Of a stretch of 64,000 nt of DNA, positions 1 through 9,273 are shown in pieces (the first letter of the stretch is position 1; each line of letters begins with the position of its first letter). The stretch spans positions 113,646 through 177,645 of the forward strand of contig NZ_DAMBRK010000002.1 of NCBI RefSeq assembly GCF_032055105.1, in the 5' to 3' direction. Position numbers and translations under genes: made by a program. Source of the stretch: Epilithonimonas sp. (GTDB lineage Bacteria; Bacteroidota; Bacteroidia; Flavobacteriales; Weeksellaceae). The notes under the pieces are model-generated. The model made no database searches and was not told where the DNA came from. It worked only from the letters and a program-made list of their open reading frames with translations.

Positions 1-1
1 T

Positions 2-442
2 CCCTTTTACACTATTTTTCTATTATATATGATGTTTTATGGATGTGGACGCCATCCTGAATTTGGATTCCTACAACTTAATCCGCTTCAAAGCATCACT
101 TACTTTTTAAGATACAATAACTTCTTCTCAGAAAAGTTTATGATAAATATCGTAGGAAATATTTTGGTCTTCATCCCATTTGGTGGACTTGGTCTATTAG
201 TTAGAAAACTGAACAACCTACCTCTACTGTTTTTTTTATTTGTTTGTGGGATTTCTACTATAGAACTTTTACAATATTGGACAGCCAGAGGAACTGCTGA
301 TATAGACGATGTTTTCTTGAATACCTTCGGAATGTTGATTGGATACTTTGCTCTTCAAGTAGCAAAATGGTTGGATATTTCAGACATCAGGCTAGAACTT
401 AATTATGAAAAGCCTTTTACTTCTTATTCATATAATAAATAA
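2..442 (+). CDS. VanZ-like family membrane protein, probably 5'-truncated by the window edge
   Basis: The frame is open back to the window start. The protein is small and multi-TM, with a VanZ-like C-terminal motif (DIDDVFLNTFGMLIGY). Confidence 0.6.
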   Translation, partial: PFYTIFLLYMMFYGCGRHPEFGFLQLNPLQSITYFLRYNNFFSEKFMINIVGNILVFIPFGGLGLLVRKLNNLPLLFFLFVCGISTIELLQYWTARGTADIDDVFLNTFGMLIGYFALQVAKWLDISDIRLELNYEKPFTSYSYNK

Positions 443-1319
443 GCTGACCTAATTTATAAAAATCAAGAGCTTTTAGAGAGATATTTCCTTCTAAAAGCTT
501 TTTTTGTACGTACGACTTCGACAATGTGTAAATCAACCTATAAAGAAAAATACCGCCTGTTTTTTTCAATTGTGAGTAAGCTTGGGCTAGTTTGATTTTA
601 GAGACTCTTTCGACATCTTTATCACTTTTTATTAGCTGAGAAAGGCTTTTTGCAGATTGGTCAGCTTTCGAAAGAAAAACTTCATTAGTCTCCACATCAT
701 TATTAAAAATAGGATTGTCGATATGGTCTATAAATATCTTATTCTTGAATAAATCTTTTGCGAAAATCAAATCTTCATAACCGTATTGCGTAATAGTCTC
801 ATTAAAAGGATTTTCCTTCAGAATATTCTTTTTGACAATAAAGTTATTGGTTTGAAAATCCAAATACGGAGATTTCAAGCGTTGTTTTAATGGTAAATTC
901 TCTCTTTCTACAGCAAATTTCCATCTAAGACCAAATTCCGACGAAGGTTTTACATCACTCACTTTTCTACCACCAAAAACGACGTCTGGATTTTTAGTAA
1001 TAATAAAATCTATATAATTTTTAAGAAAATCAGGACTGATTATTTTCCCATCGCAGTCCAGAAAAAGCAAGTATTCTGACTGAGAATAATGTAGAAACAA
1101 GTTTCGAATTTTAGAACGTCCAATGTTTTTATCAAGGAAAACAAATTGGCTTACAGTTTTCTCTAAATTCTTATTTATATTAATGAATTCAGTTTTAGAA
1201 TGGTCATCAATTAAGATAATTTCAGCATCCAATTCATTTGAAACAATCTGATTCTGAAGGTCTTTTACCAAATCATTGACATCAAAATTATAAATAGGAA
1301 TACAAATACTTAGCTTCAT
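417..1319 (-). CDS. Glycosyltransferase family 2
   Basis: GT2 N-terminus (LSICIPIYN ... IILIDDHS ... LDCDG). Overlaps the GT9 gene stop by 4 nt, suggesting an operon. Confidence 0.8.
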   Translation of the reverse strand: MKLSICIPIYNFDVNDLVKDLQNQIVSNELDAEIILIDDHSKTEFININKNLEKTVSQFVFLDKNIGRSKIRNLFLHYSQSEYLLFLDCDGKIISPDFLKNYIDFIITKNPDVVFGGRKVSDVKPSSEFGLRWKFAVERENLPLKQRLKSPYLDFQTNNFIVKKNILKENPFNETITQYGYEDLIFAKDLFKNKIFIDHIDNPIFNNDVETNEVFLSKADQSAKSLSQLIKSDKDVERVSKIKLAQAYSQLKKTGGIFLYRLIYTLSKSYVQKKLLEGNISLKALDFYKLGQLIYYMNKK

Positions 1320-2281
1320 ATTCTATCAATAATTTTCTGAATGTTCAATTCCTCCAGACAAGCATAATCGCCACGGAAACACTCTTTATCTCCAAAAACA
1401 GAACAAGGTCTACAAGATAAATCCTTAACGTGGACAATATCATCTTCGCTTTGTCCATAACCCAAAAACCCCGCAAAATGATGCGTTGAACCCCAAACCG
1501 AAATACATCTGGTTCCCATCAGACTTGCCAAATGCATATTCGCTGAGTCCATAGAAATCATCACTTCCAGTTCAGAGATTTTTTTCAGTTCTTCTTTCAA
1601 AGATAATTTTCCGGACAAACTATGTGTATTGGGAATTTGTTTTTCCCATTTTGTAAGGATTTCATTTTCTTCATTTCCACCTCCAAAAAAATAGACTTTA
1701 TGCGTTTTTGCTAAGATTCTAGCCAACTCAAAAGACTTTTCTTCGGGCATCATTTTCCCTTTGTGCTGAGCAAAAGGCGCAAAGCCGATATCTTTCTTCG
1801 TTATATTTCCTGGTCTTAATTGATTAGATAAGTTAAGAGAAAAACCCATATCTCTGAAAACATCCGCATAACGTTCTGTTGTTCTTTTCAATTGAACTTT
1901 ATCCAGATTCCAGACATTAGTCAGTTTTTCCTTTTCATCTTTACCTTTATCAATTTGGTAAACTTTAAATCCGTGTCTTAAGAAAATAGCATTAAGCATT
2001 TTTGTTCTGATGACATCGTGAAGGTCGGCAACAAAGTCTGGTTTAAATTCTTTAATTAATTGCCTTGTCAATTTTCTGATGCCGAAAATCCCCTTATAGT
2101 CATCAAAACTGATTCCGTGGAATTTGAGTCTTGGATGTTTGTCAAAAAGGTCTTTAAAGTTTTCTCTACTCACAAAAACAATTTCCGTATCGGGATTCTG
2201 TTCTAGAAACTCAACACAAACGGGAACTGTCATTGCTACATCTCCGAATGCAGAAAAACGATATGCCAGAATTCTTTTCAC
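1316..2281 (-). CDS. Glycosyltransferase family 9 (heptosyltransferase-like); GTG start
   Basis: N-terminus ILAYRFSAFGDVAMTVPV and C-terminal MDSANMHLA motif are typical of GT9. The start codon at 2279-2281 reads GTG. Confidence 0.75.
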   Translation of the reverse strand: MKRILAYRFSAFGDVAMTVPVCVEFLEQNPDTEIVFVSRENFKDLFDKHPRLKFHGISFDDYKGIFGIRKLTRQLIKEFKPDFVADLHDVIRTKMLNAIFLRHGFKVYQIDKGKDEKEKLTNVWNLDKVQLKRTTERYADVFRDMGFSLNLSNQLRPGNITKKDIGFAPFAQHKGKMMPEEKSFELARILAKTHKVYFFGGGNEENEILTKWEKQIPNTHSLSGKLSLKEELKKISELEVMISMDSANMHLASLMGTRCISVWGSTHHFAGFLGYGQSEDDIVHVKDLSCRPCSVFGDKECFRGDYACLEELNIQKIIDRI

Positions 2282-2701
2282 CTATTTCTTTAGTTGAAAT
2301 GCAACTGCGTAAAATTTGATTTGCTTGGTCATTGCCATTAAACCGTTTGCTCTTGATGGCGACAAGAACTCCTGCAATCCTATTTCCGAAATAAAATCAA
2401 AATCAGAATCAAGAATCTCCTGAGTCATATGACCACTATAAATTCTTACCAAAAGTGAAACTATTCCTTTTGGTAAAATCCCATCAGAATCTGCATTGAA
2501 AAACAATTTTCCGTCAGTAAATTCTGCATCAATCCAAACTTTGGATTGACAACCTCTGATTAAGTTTTCGTCCGTTTTTTTATCTTCAGGAAGTCCTTTC
2601 AGCTCTTTTCCAAGGTCTATGATATATTCGTATTTCTGCTCCCAATCGTCTAGAAAGGCGAATTCTTCTATAAGTTCTTGTTGTTTTTCTTTGATTGTCA
2701 T
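2282..2701 (-). CDS. sufE: SufE family cysteine desulfuration protein
   Basis: 139 aa with the SufE active-site context (IRGCQSKVWI). Confidence 0.85.
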   Translation of the reverse strand: MTIKEKQQELIEEFAFLDDWEQKYEYIIDLGKELKGLPEDKKTDENLIRGCQSKVWIDAEFTDGKLFFNADSDGILPKGIVSLLVRIYSGHMTQEILDSDFDFISEIGLQEFLSPSRANGLMAMTKQIKFYAVAFQLKK

Positions 2702-2729
2702 TCAAAAGAATATTTGAATTAAAATTAAA

Positions 2730-3980
2730 TTATTTTACCGATTGAGCAATATTAGCAATTACTTTTACAGCTGCAATCATACTTTCCAAAGGTACAAATT
2801 CGTACGGTCCGTGGAAATTGTGTCCGCCTGCAAAGATATTAGGGCAAGGTAATCCCATATAAGATAACTGTGCTCCATCTGTTCCTCCTCTAATCGCTTT
2901 GATTTTCGGTTCAATTCCGGAATCTTTCATTGCCTGTTCCGCAATATCCACGATGTGCATTTTACCTTCGAATTGTTTTTTCATATTGAGATATTGCTGC
3001 TTGATTTCTATCTCAGCAGTCTTCTCGCCATACTTTTTATTGATTTCCTCAACCTTTTCAGCAATCAGTTTTTTTCTATCTTCGAATTTCTGGTCATCGT
3101 GGTCACGAATGATGTATTGAAGTTTAGCTTCAGAAACATCACCTTCAAAATCTGTCAAATGGAAAAAGCCTTCGAAACCTTTTGTAGTAGCAGGCGTTTC
3201 ATTTGCCGGAAGTGAATTAATAAATTCTGAAGCTACTAATCCAGCATTCAGCATTTTACCAAAAGAATAACCTGGGTGGACGGACAATCCGTGGATTTTT
3301 ATCACAGCTCCAGCCGCATTGAAGTTTTCATATTCCAACTCTCCGATTTCTCCGCCGTCCATTGTGTAAGCCCATTCTGCTCCAAATTTCTCAACATCAA
3401 AATGATGTGCGCCTCTTCCAATTTCTTCATCTGGATTGAATCCGATAGAAATACGTCCGTGTTTGATTTGTGGATTGGCTAACAGAAATTCTGCTGCCGT
3501 TACAATCTCTGCAACACCGGCTTTATCATCAGCACTCAATAAAGTTGTTCCGTCTGTTGTGATGATGGTTTGCCCGATATATTTCTTTAAAGCTTCAAAC
3601 TTGGTTGAAGACAAAGTGAATCCGGTTTTTTTGTTCAATAACAAATCTTCGCCGTCATATTTTTCCCAAATCTGAGGATTTACATTTTCTCCATTGAAAT
3701 CCGGTGACGAATCATAATGTGCAATGAACCCAACTTGTGGAACTTTCTCCTCTTTATTAGAAGGAATAAATCCAAAAACGTAACCTTTTTCATCTATGCT
3801 CACATCTTCCAATCCTAAATCCTGCAATTCTTTGTACAGATAATTAGCGATATTCCACTGCCTTTCTGTAGAAGGAGTCGTCTCACTTTCTGCGTCGCTG
3901 GTTGAAAATATCTTGATGTAAGTAATGAATCTATTAAGGAGTTTTCCTCTCCAAATACCGTCTAATTGGATGTTTTCCAT
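2730..3980 (-). CDS. pepT: Peptidase T (tripeptide aminopeptidase, M20B)
   Basis: 416 aa with M20 motifs (GFIAHYD, LSADDKAG, NPDEEIG, GGTDGA) and an N-terminus typical of PepT. Confidence 0.85.
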   Translation of the reverse strand: MENIQLDGIWRGKLLNRFITYIKIFSTSDAESETTPSTERQWNIANYLYKELQDLGLEDVSIDEKGYVFGFIPSNKEEKVPQVGFIAHYDSSPDFNGENVNPQIWEKYDGEDLLLNKKTGFTLSSTKFEALKKYIGQTIITTDGTTLLSADDKAGVAEIVTAAEFLLANPQIKHGRISIGFNPDEEIGRGAHHFDVEKFGAEWAYTMDGGEIGELEYENFNAAGAVIKIHGLSVHPGYSFGKMLNAGLVASEFINSLPANETPATTKGFEGFFHLTDFEGDVSEAKLQYIIRDHDDQKFEDRKKLIAEKVEEINKKYGEKTAEIEIKQQYLNMKKQFEGKMHIVDIAEQAMKDSGIEPKIKAIRGGTDGAQLSYMGLPCPNIFAGGHNFHGPYEFVPLESMIAAVKVIANIAQSVK

Positions 3981-4111
3981 ATAATTTGCTATATCTCCGC
4001 AAAGTTATATATTTATGCAGTGAACGACAAATAATATGTGGTCAGAGTTAAGTCTTGATTATAACAGATAAACGATGATTGATTACTAAAAAGTTCTTAC
4101 ACGCTGTAATT

Positions 4112-4190
4112 GCAGCCCGACTTGAGTGGAGCTCTTTTTCTTTTTTATCAAAAAAAGAAAAAAGCGGGAACGGAAGGCGGATTAAGCTGC
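4112..4190. repeat. Extended imperfect palindrome with a T-run/A-run core
   Basis: gcagc ... ctctttttcttttttatcaaaaaaagaaaaaagcg ... gctgc. The outer arms gcagc and gctgc pair. The inner T-rich and A-rich arms pair with single-base bulges. Confidence 0.6.
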
Positions 4191-4215
4191 CCAAATATTT
4201 AAAATTAAAAGACCA

Positions 4216-5064
4216 ATGTTCTTAACAGAATGTCCACGTGACGCGATGCAAGGCTGGGGAGAAATGATTCCCACGCAACAGAAAATAGATTATATCAACC
4301 GACTGATGGAGGTTGGCTTTGATGTTTTGGATTGCGGAAGTTTTGTGAATCCTAAAACAATGCCTCAGATGGCCGACTCCGGAATTGTGGTGGACGAGAT
4401 TGACAAATCAATTTCCAATTCCAAACTTTCTGTGATTGTTGCCAATCTAAAAGGTGCAGAAAAAGCTTTGAGCCACGAGCAAATCGATATTCTAGGGTTT
4501 CCTTTTTCCATTTCTGAAACTTTTCAACATAGAAACACCAACAAAAGTCGTGAAGAAGCTTTTACAGAAGTTGTGAATATATTGGAATTGACAAAATCTG
4601 AAGGCAGACAACTGAATCTCTATTTTTCTATGGCTTTCGGAAATCCTTATGGTGAAAGTTGGAAATGGGAAGACGTAGATTTTTGGGCGAAACGCTTTGA
4701 AGAAATCGGAATCAAAAATATTCTACTTTCTGATACAATCGGTGTTGGTGATGTTGAGAAAATATCACTTTTGTTCAATAAAATTCCTGCGAAATACCCT
4801 GACATTAATTTCGGAGCGCATTTTCATAACAGATATGAAGAATCTTATGTAAAACTAAAAGCAGCATATGACGAAGGCTGCAGAAGATTTGATAGCGCTA
4901 TAAAAGGAATTGGCGGTTGCCCGATGGCGAAGGATGACTTGGTGGGAAATATGCCGACTGAGAAAGTTTTTACCTTTATGCAGTCAGAGAAGCTGGATGT
5001 TCACCAGAATCTTCTACATTTTGAAAGTGCTTATAATATGGCGAAGGATATTTTTCATTTCTGA
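4216..5064 (+). CDS. Hydroxymethylglutaryl-CoA lyase
   Basis: ECPRDAMQG N-terminal motif, DTIGVG, HFHN and GIGGCP motifs of the HMGL-like family. Confidence 0.85.
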   Translation: MFLTECPRDAMQGWGEMIPTQQKIDYINRLMEVGFDVLDCGSFVNPKTMPQMADSGIVVDEIDKSISNSKLSVIVANLKGAEKALSHEQIDILGFPFSISETFQHRNTNKSREEAFTEVVNILELTKSEGRQLNLYFSMAFGNPYGESWKWEDVDFWAKRFEEIGIKNILLSDTIGVGDVEKISLLFNKIPAKYPDINFGAHFHNRYEESYVKLKAAYDEGCRRFDSAIKGIGGCPMAKDDLVGNMPTEKVFTFMQSEKLDVHQNLLHFESAYNMAKDIFHF

Positions 5065-5181
5065 ATTATCTGATTAGACCTAAATTATATCATATTTTAA
5101 TAATTATTCATATTCAGGATTCTAAATTTCAAAAAATTAATGTAACTTTATTATAGAAAAAACAATTAAGATAATCAGGTT

Positions 5182-5586
5182 ATGACTTCAAAAACAACTT
5201 ACTTAGGCGAATCTAAAATTGAATCTATACACGAGGCCTCGGGTGAAGTTTTCTCAACATATGTTCCCTCCAACGATTTTGCTGTGAGATATCATTTTTC
5301 TCCTACAGACATTTTCGCAACTACATTGGCTGAGAGTGTATTTGCTTCCCTTGTTGTTTTAGGTAAAGATAGAAACATCGACATCACAGGAGCAACTTGT
5401 GAATTGAAAAAAACAATGTACTTTGAACCAAGAAGAATTGGTGAGATTTTCTGCGTATTCAAATTTCCTCATTCTTATTCTCCAGAAGAGAAAGAGTTTA
5501 TCGAGAATACAGCTAAAACAAGTCCGGTTTATCTTAGTTTACACACAGAAATTAAAAAAATATTCCTTTTCGAATATCAAAATTAA
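5182..5586 (+). CDS. OsmC/Ohr-like small protein (tentative)
   Basis: Size is 134 aa and the C-terminal pattern is weakly OsmC-like. The canonical Cys pair is not clear. Confidence 0.4.
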   Translation: MTSKTTYLGESKIESIHEASGEVFSTYVPSNDFAVRYHFSPTDIFATTLAESVFASLVVLGKDRNIDITGATCELKKTMYFEPRRIGEIFCVFKFPHSYSPEEKEFIENTAKTSPVYLSLHTEIKKIFLFEYQN

Positions 5587-5592
5587 AATAGA

Positions 5593-5615
5593 AAATCCTG
5601 CTAATTACAGGATTT
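5593..5615. terminator. Bidirectional hairpin between convergent genes
   Basis: The stem pairs aaatcctg with caggattt around a 7-nt loop. It sits between the OsmC-like (+) and DUF59 (-) stops. Confidence 0.55.
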
Positions 5616-5619
5616 ATTT

Positions 5620-5946
5620 CTATAACATACCAAGTTCAAACTTGGCTTCTTCGCTCATCATTTCTTTGGTCCAAGTCGGTTCAAAAGTGAGTTCGATTTT
5701 CGCCGATTTTACACCTTCTACGCCTCTAACTTTATCTTCCACTTCTACTGGGAGAGTTTCCGCAACTGGGCAATTCGGAGATGTAAGCGTCATTATTACT
5801 AGAACTTCGCCTTCATCCGAAATCTGAACATCGTAAACCAATCCTAATTCATATATATCAACCGGTATTTCTGGGTCAAAAACGGTTTTAAGCTCCTTGA
5901 TTATTTCTTCGCCAATATCTGCAATTTGGTCGTCTGTATATTTCAT
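5620..5946 (-). CDS. DUF59/MIP18 family Fe-S assembly protein (SufT-like)
   Basis: DPEIPVDIYELGLVY and LTSPNCPVAE motifs. 108 aa. Confidence 0.85.
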   Translation of the reverse strand: MKYTDDQIADIGEEIIKELKTVFDPEIPVDIYELGLVYDVQISDEGEVLVIMTLTSPNCPVAETLPVEVEDKVRGVEGVKSAKIELTFEPTWTKEMMSEEAKFELGML

Positions 5947-5947
5947 T

Positions 5948-6643
5948 TTAATCTAATCTTTTTAATAAATCTTCCTGACGCATCCGCCTGAAAACATTTG
6001 CCAAAGTTAAGACATCTTTTTCACAATAATGAATGATTCTATCTATATCACCGTCTTTATAGTATATATCGGCAACCATACTTCCATCGATATCGTCTTT
6101 TGGAGAGGGAATTCCGAAGATGTAAGCCAGCAATTCCAAAGAAACATAACTTTTCCAATCTCCGAATTTCCAGAGTTCCATTGTATCGATATGAGGAATT
6201 TCCCAAGGTTTTTTCCCAAACATCTGAAACGGAACTGGTGGTTGAATTCCATTAATTAAAAGCCTTCTGGCGATGTAAGGAAAATCAAATTCTTTTCCGT
6301 TGTGAGCACATAGGATAACATTATTTAGACGGGGACTATTGAACAGTTCGCAAAAGGAAAGTAACAAATCTTTTTCCTCACCAGCATAAGTTTTGATTTT
6401 AAGTCTTCCGGTATTGTTATCAATCATTCCAATAGAGATACAGATAATCATCCCGAACTCTGCCATTATTCCTGCTCGTTGTTCATAGAATTCTGAAGCT
6501 TCGATTTCATCTTTTCTCTGAGACTTGGTTTTCTTATCCCAAAGATATTGTGTTGTAGAATCTACATTATTCCAATTGTCAATTTGAGGAACAGTTTCGA
6601 TATCAAGGAAAAGGATATTTTCGATTGGAAGATTTTGAATCAT
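5948..6643 (-). CDS. 3'-5' exonuclease, RNase H-like fold (PolB-exonuclease-related)
   Basis: FLDIET (ExoI-like), HNGKEFDFPY (ExoII-like) and YCEKDV (ExoIII-like) motifs. Confidence 0.7.
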   Translation of the reverse strand: MIQNLPIENILFLDIETVPQIDNWNNVDSTTQYLWDKKTKSQRKDEIEASEFYEQRAGIMAEFGMIICISIGMIDNNTGRLKIKTYAGEEKDLLLSFCELFNSPRLNNVILCAHNGKEFDFPYIARRLLINGIQPPVPFQMFGKKPWEIPHIDTMELWKFGDWKSYVSLELLAYIFGIPSPKDDIDGSMVADIYYKDGDIDRIIHYCEKDVLTLANVFRRMRQEDLLKRLD

Positions 6644-6670
6644 TTGTCTTTTGTTTCTTTAAAATTAATA

Positions 6671-6697
6671 AAAAAACCCAACATTTCTGCTGGGTTT
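6671..6697 (-). terminator. Rho-independent terminator after actF
   Basis: The minus strand reads aaaacccagcagaaatgttgggttttttt, which gives a stem followed by a T-run. Confidence 0.6.
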
Positions 6698-6720
6698 TAT
6701 ATTTTCTATTCTAAAATTAA

Positions 6721-8055
6721 TTAGAAAGGATATTCGTAAATCTCTGATTCGTGGAAGAATGGGTTTCCTGTAGGCATCAACTTTAATTTTGATAAAGCTG
6801 TCATTACAGTGAAAACAAATAATCCAACTACAAAAACAAATGAACCTAATACCAAGAATGCGTTTGAAGCATTGTTCCAATAAGGACCAACTGTTCCTGG
6901 CATTACCATATTGAAGTAATCTACGGCGTGTCCAAAAATTACCAAAACAGCCATAAAGGTTACTACTTTATAATTTCTCTTGATGCTACTGCTTACTAAA
7001 ACCAATAAAGGAGCTAAAAAGTTTACCACAAGCATTGGCAAGAAGGTAGGTCCATAATATTCAAATCTTCCAAAGAAATAGTTAACCTCTTCTGGTACGT
7101 TAGCATACCAATAAAGCATAAACTGACAGAACCAAAGGTAGGACCACAACAAACTAGTAGCAAATAAGAATTTACCAAGATCGTGAAGGTGGTTGTTATT
7201 AAACTGAGGATAAACTCCTTTCTTTTTTAGATAAACACTGATGATAATCATTACAGCAATAGATGTTGATAAACAACTAACCATTGAATACCAAATATAA
7301 AGTGTAGAATACCAGTGAGGGTCAATTGACATTAACCAATCCCAAGCCCAAGCTGCAGAAGCAAATCCGAAGAACGCGATGTAACCAACATTCCAGCTAT
7401 ACAAACTAGCGTAGATTTTTCTATCACCTTTGTTCTCATCAACTTTCTTAGAAACACTTTTCAATTTCCAAACAAAGAACGATGCTCCGATTACGTAAAT
7501 GAAAGTTCTAACTGCGTAGAAAGGAATATTAAGGAATTTTTTCTTTTCGAATAAAATAACATCAAAGTTAGGGTCTCCAGGAGTAGTAAGACTCTCGTCC
7601 ATCCAATGGAAAAGGTGACCTTGATGTGTAATATTCAGTAACATAATAATTACTAAAAGTGCTCCTCCGTATGGGATAAAAGAAGCAATCGCTTCCATTA
7701 CTCTTGTTACAATGATTGACCAACCTGCGTGAGCCGCGTGCTGAATACTGTAAAAGAATAATGCACAACAGCTAATTCCAAAAGCAAAAACTGCAAATGT
7801 ATGAATTGCTGCCAATGGTTGATTATGAATCTGAAGTTTAGCGTGCTCCAAGTGTGAATCGTGGTCTTGAGGACCAACCAATTCGCTGGAATGAGAAGGT
7901 GCTTCGTGTCCTTTTGAATGAACTGATTCCATCCAATGAGAGATTGCAGTATCATCCAATCCGTGGTTAAGTGCATAACCAATACCGAATAAAGCAACTC
8001 CTACAACAATGAGTATAATTGAATATAATCTTAATTTAGGTGAAAAACTATACAT
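6721..8055 (-). CDS. actF: Alternative complex III subunit ActF (polytopic quinol-binding-type membrane subunit)
   Basis: 444-aa polytopic membrane protein. It is the last gene of the act cluster, in the position expected for ActF. Confidence 0.75.
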   Translation of the reverse strand: MYSFSPKLRLYSIILIVVGVALFGIGYALNHGLDDTAISHWMESVHSKGHEAPSHSSELVGPQDHDSHLEHAKLQIHNQPLAAIHTFAVFAFGISCCALFFYSIQHAAHAGWSIIVTRVMEAIASFIPYGGALLVIIMLLNITHQGHLFHWMDESLTTPGDPNFDVILFEKKKFLNIPFYAVRTFIYVIGASFFVWKLKSVSKKVDENKGDRKIYASLYSWNVGYIAFFGFASAAWAWDWLMSIDPHWYSTLYIWYSMVSCLSTSIAVMIIISVYLKKKGVYPQFNNNHLHDLGKFLFATSLLWSYLWFCQFMLYWYANVPEEVNYFFGRFEYYGPTFLPMLVVNFLAPLLVLVSSSIKRNYKVVTFMAVLVIFGHAVDYFNMVMPGTVGPYWNNASNAFLVLGSFVFVVGLFVFTVMTALSKLKLMPTGNPFFHESEIYEYPF

Positions 8056-8066
8056 TTTCTATTTTT

Positions 8067-8759
8067 TTATTTAGCATTGGTTTTATCTTCAGTTGCTGCT
8101 GGTGCAGCCTCAGCCGGAGCAGCGGTAGCAGTTGGCGCTTTGAATGTATTATAAACATACAACGCTACTCTCCATCTATCTCCAACATTCAATTGTCCTG
8201 CATAAGAACCCATTGCGTTTCTACCATTAGTCAAAACATAGTGGATAGAACCGATTGTGATATCTCTATCTGCATAATTAGGAACTCCAGAATAAGCACC
8301 GCTTTTTACAATTGGTCCTTGTCCATCTCCTCCTGTACCGTGACAAGCAGAACAAGTATGGTCGAATAATACTTTTCCTCTAGCTAAATCTTTTTCAAGA
8401 TTTTTAGGATTCAAAGGAGAAGCAGTAACCAATCTTGAAGCATCATAACCTGCGTTATATTCGTCAACATTTTTAGGTAAAGTTTCCTCACTTACGATTC
8501 CGTCTTTGTTTTGGGGAACAGTTCCTTCTACAGGAGAAAGTCCAGTTGCTCCGTTACGAGCTACAAAAGCAGGGATTTCATTTTCGTGGTCAGAATATGC
8601 ATCCTTAGCTTTCATCAATGGATCATAAGCCACAGGAAAATACATATCAGGAAAATAGACCAAAGGTGGGTTATCTTTTGGACCGCAAGAATTTAGTAAA
8701 ACAGTAGTTAAACCAAAGATTGCTGTAATTTTTAATATACTATTCTTCATCTTAGGCAT
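8067..8759 (-). CDS. actE: Alternative complex III subunit ActE, monoheme cytochrome c lipoprotein
   Basis: Lipobox LLNSCG, a single CSACH heme motif and an Ala/Pro-rich C-terminal tail. Overlaps the actD stop. Confidence 0.8.
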   Translation of the reverse strand: MPKMKNSILKITAIFGLTTVLLNSCGPKDNPPLVYFPDMYFPVAYDPLMKAKDAYSDHENEIPAFVARNGATGLSPVEGTVPQNKDGIVSEETLPKNVDEYNAGYDASRLVTASPLNPKNLEKDLARGKVLFDHTCSACHGTGGDGQGPIVKSGAYSGVPNYADRDITIGSIHYVLTNGRNAMGSYAGQLNVGDRWRVALYVYNTFKAPTATAAPAEAAPAATEDKTNAK

Positions 8760-9273
8760 CTTTTACGGTTATTTCTTCAACACCTGTATCAATTAACAGT
8801 TGTTTAATAGTTTCAACATCATCAGAAACAAACTCCATCATAAATTTGTCATCTGTAGTTCTAGGATCCGGATTCTGAGGTTTAGCACCTGGATACATTT
8901 TGTTTCTCACAAGAAATGTTAATGACATTAAGTGAGCAGAACAGAATACCATAAGCTCGAACATGGGATCAATAAAAGCTGGGAAGTTATTAATCCAGGT
9001 AAAAGAAGGTTTACCACCAATATTCTGGGGCCAGTCGTGGTTCATAATATAAGCAGTCAAAGTAATCCCGATTGTAACTCCATAACAAGCATAGATAAAT
9101 GCAGCGTCAGAAATTCTGGTTTTCTTTAAACCAAGAGCTTTGTCTAGTCCGTGAACAGGGAACGGTGTATAAACTTCATTTATACTAATTCCTTTATCTG
9201 TAAAGGCTTTAACGCCGTGCATCAAATCATCGTCGTCGCCGTAAAGTCCATATATAATCTTAGTGGTGCTCAT
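8752..9273 (-). CDS. actD: Alternative complex III subunit ActD (DUF3341)
   Basis: Position between actC and actE. The ATG at 9273 (MSTTKIIYGLYGDDDD) is preferred over the upstream GTG at 9300. Overlaps the actC end by 14 nt. Confidence 0.75.
   Translation of the reverse strand: MSTTKIIYGLYGDDDDLMHGVKAFTDKGISINEVYTPFPVHGLDKALGLKKTRISDAAFIYACYGVTIGITLTAYIMNHDWPQNIGGKPSFTWINNFPAFIDPMFELMVFCSAHLMSLTFLVRNKMYPGAKPQNPDPRTTDDKFMMEFVSDDVETIKQLLIDTGVEEITVKDA

Noticed and set aside
5423-5827. 134-aa plus-strand ORF spanning the OsmC-like gene's 3' end and the DUF59 gene.
   Set aside because: It overlaps two better-supported genes and runs through the intergenic terminator hairpin. No motifs were seen.
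6665-6880. 71-aa minus-strand ORF overlapping the actF 3' end.
   Set aside because: It is an out-of-frame overlap with actF and extends through the actF terminator. No support was found.
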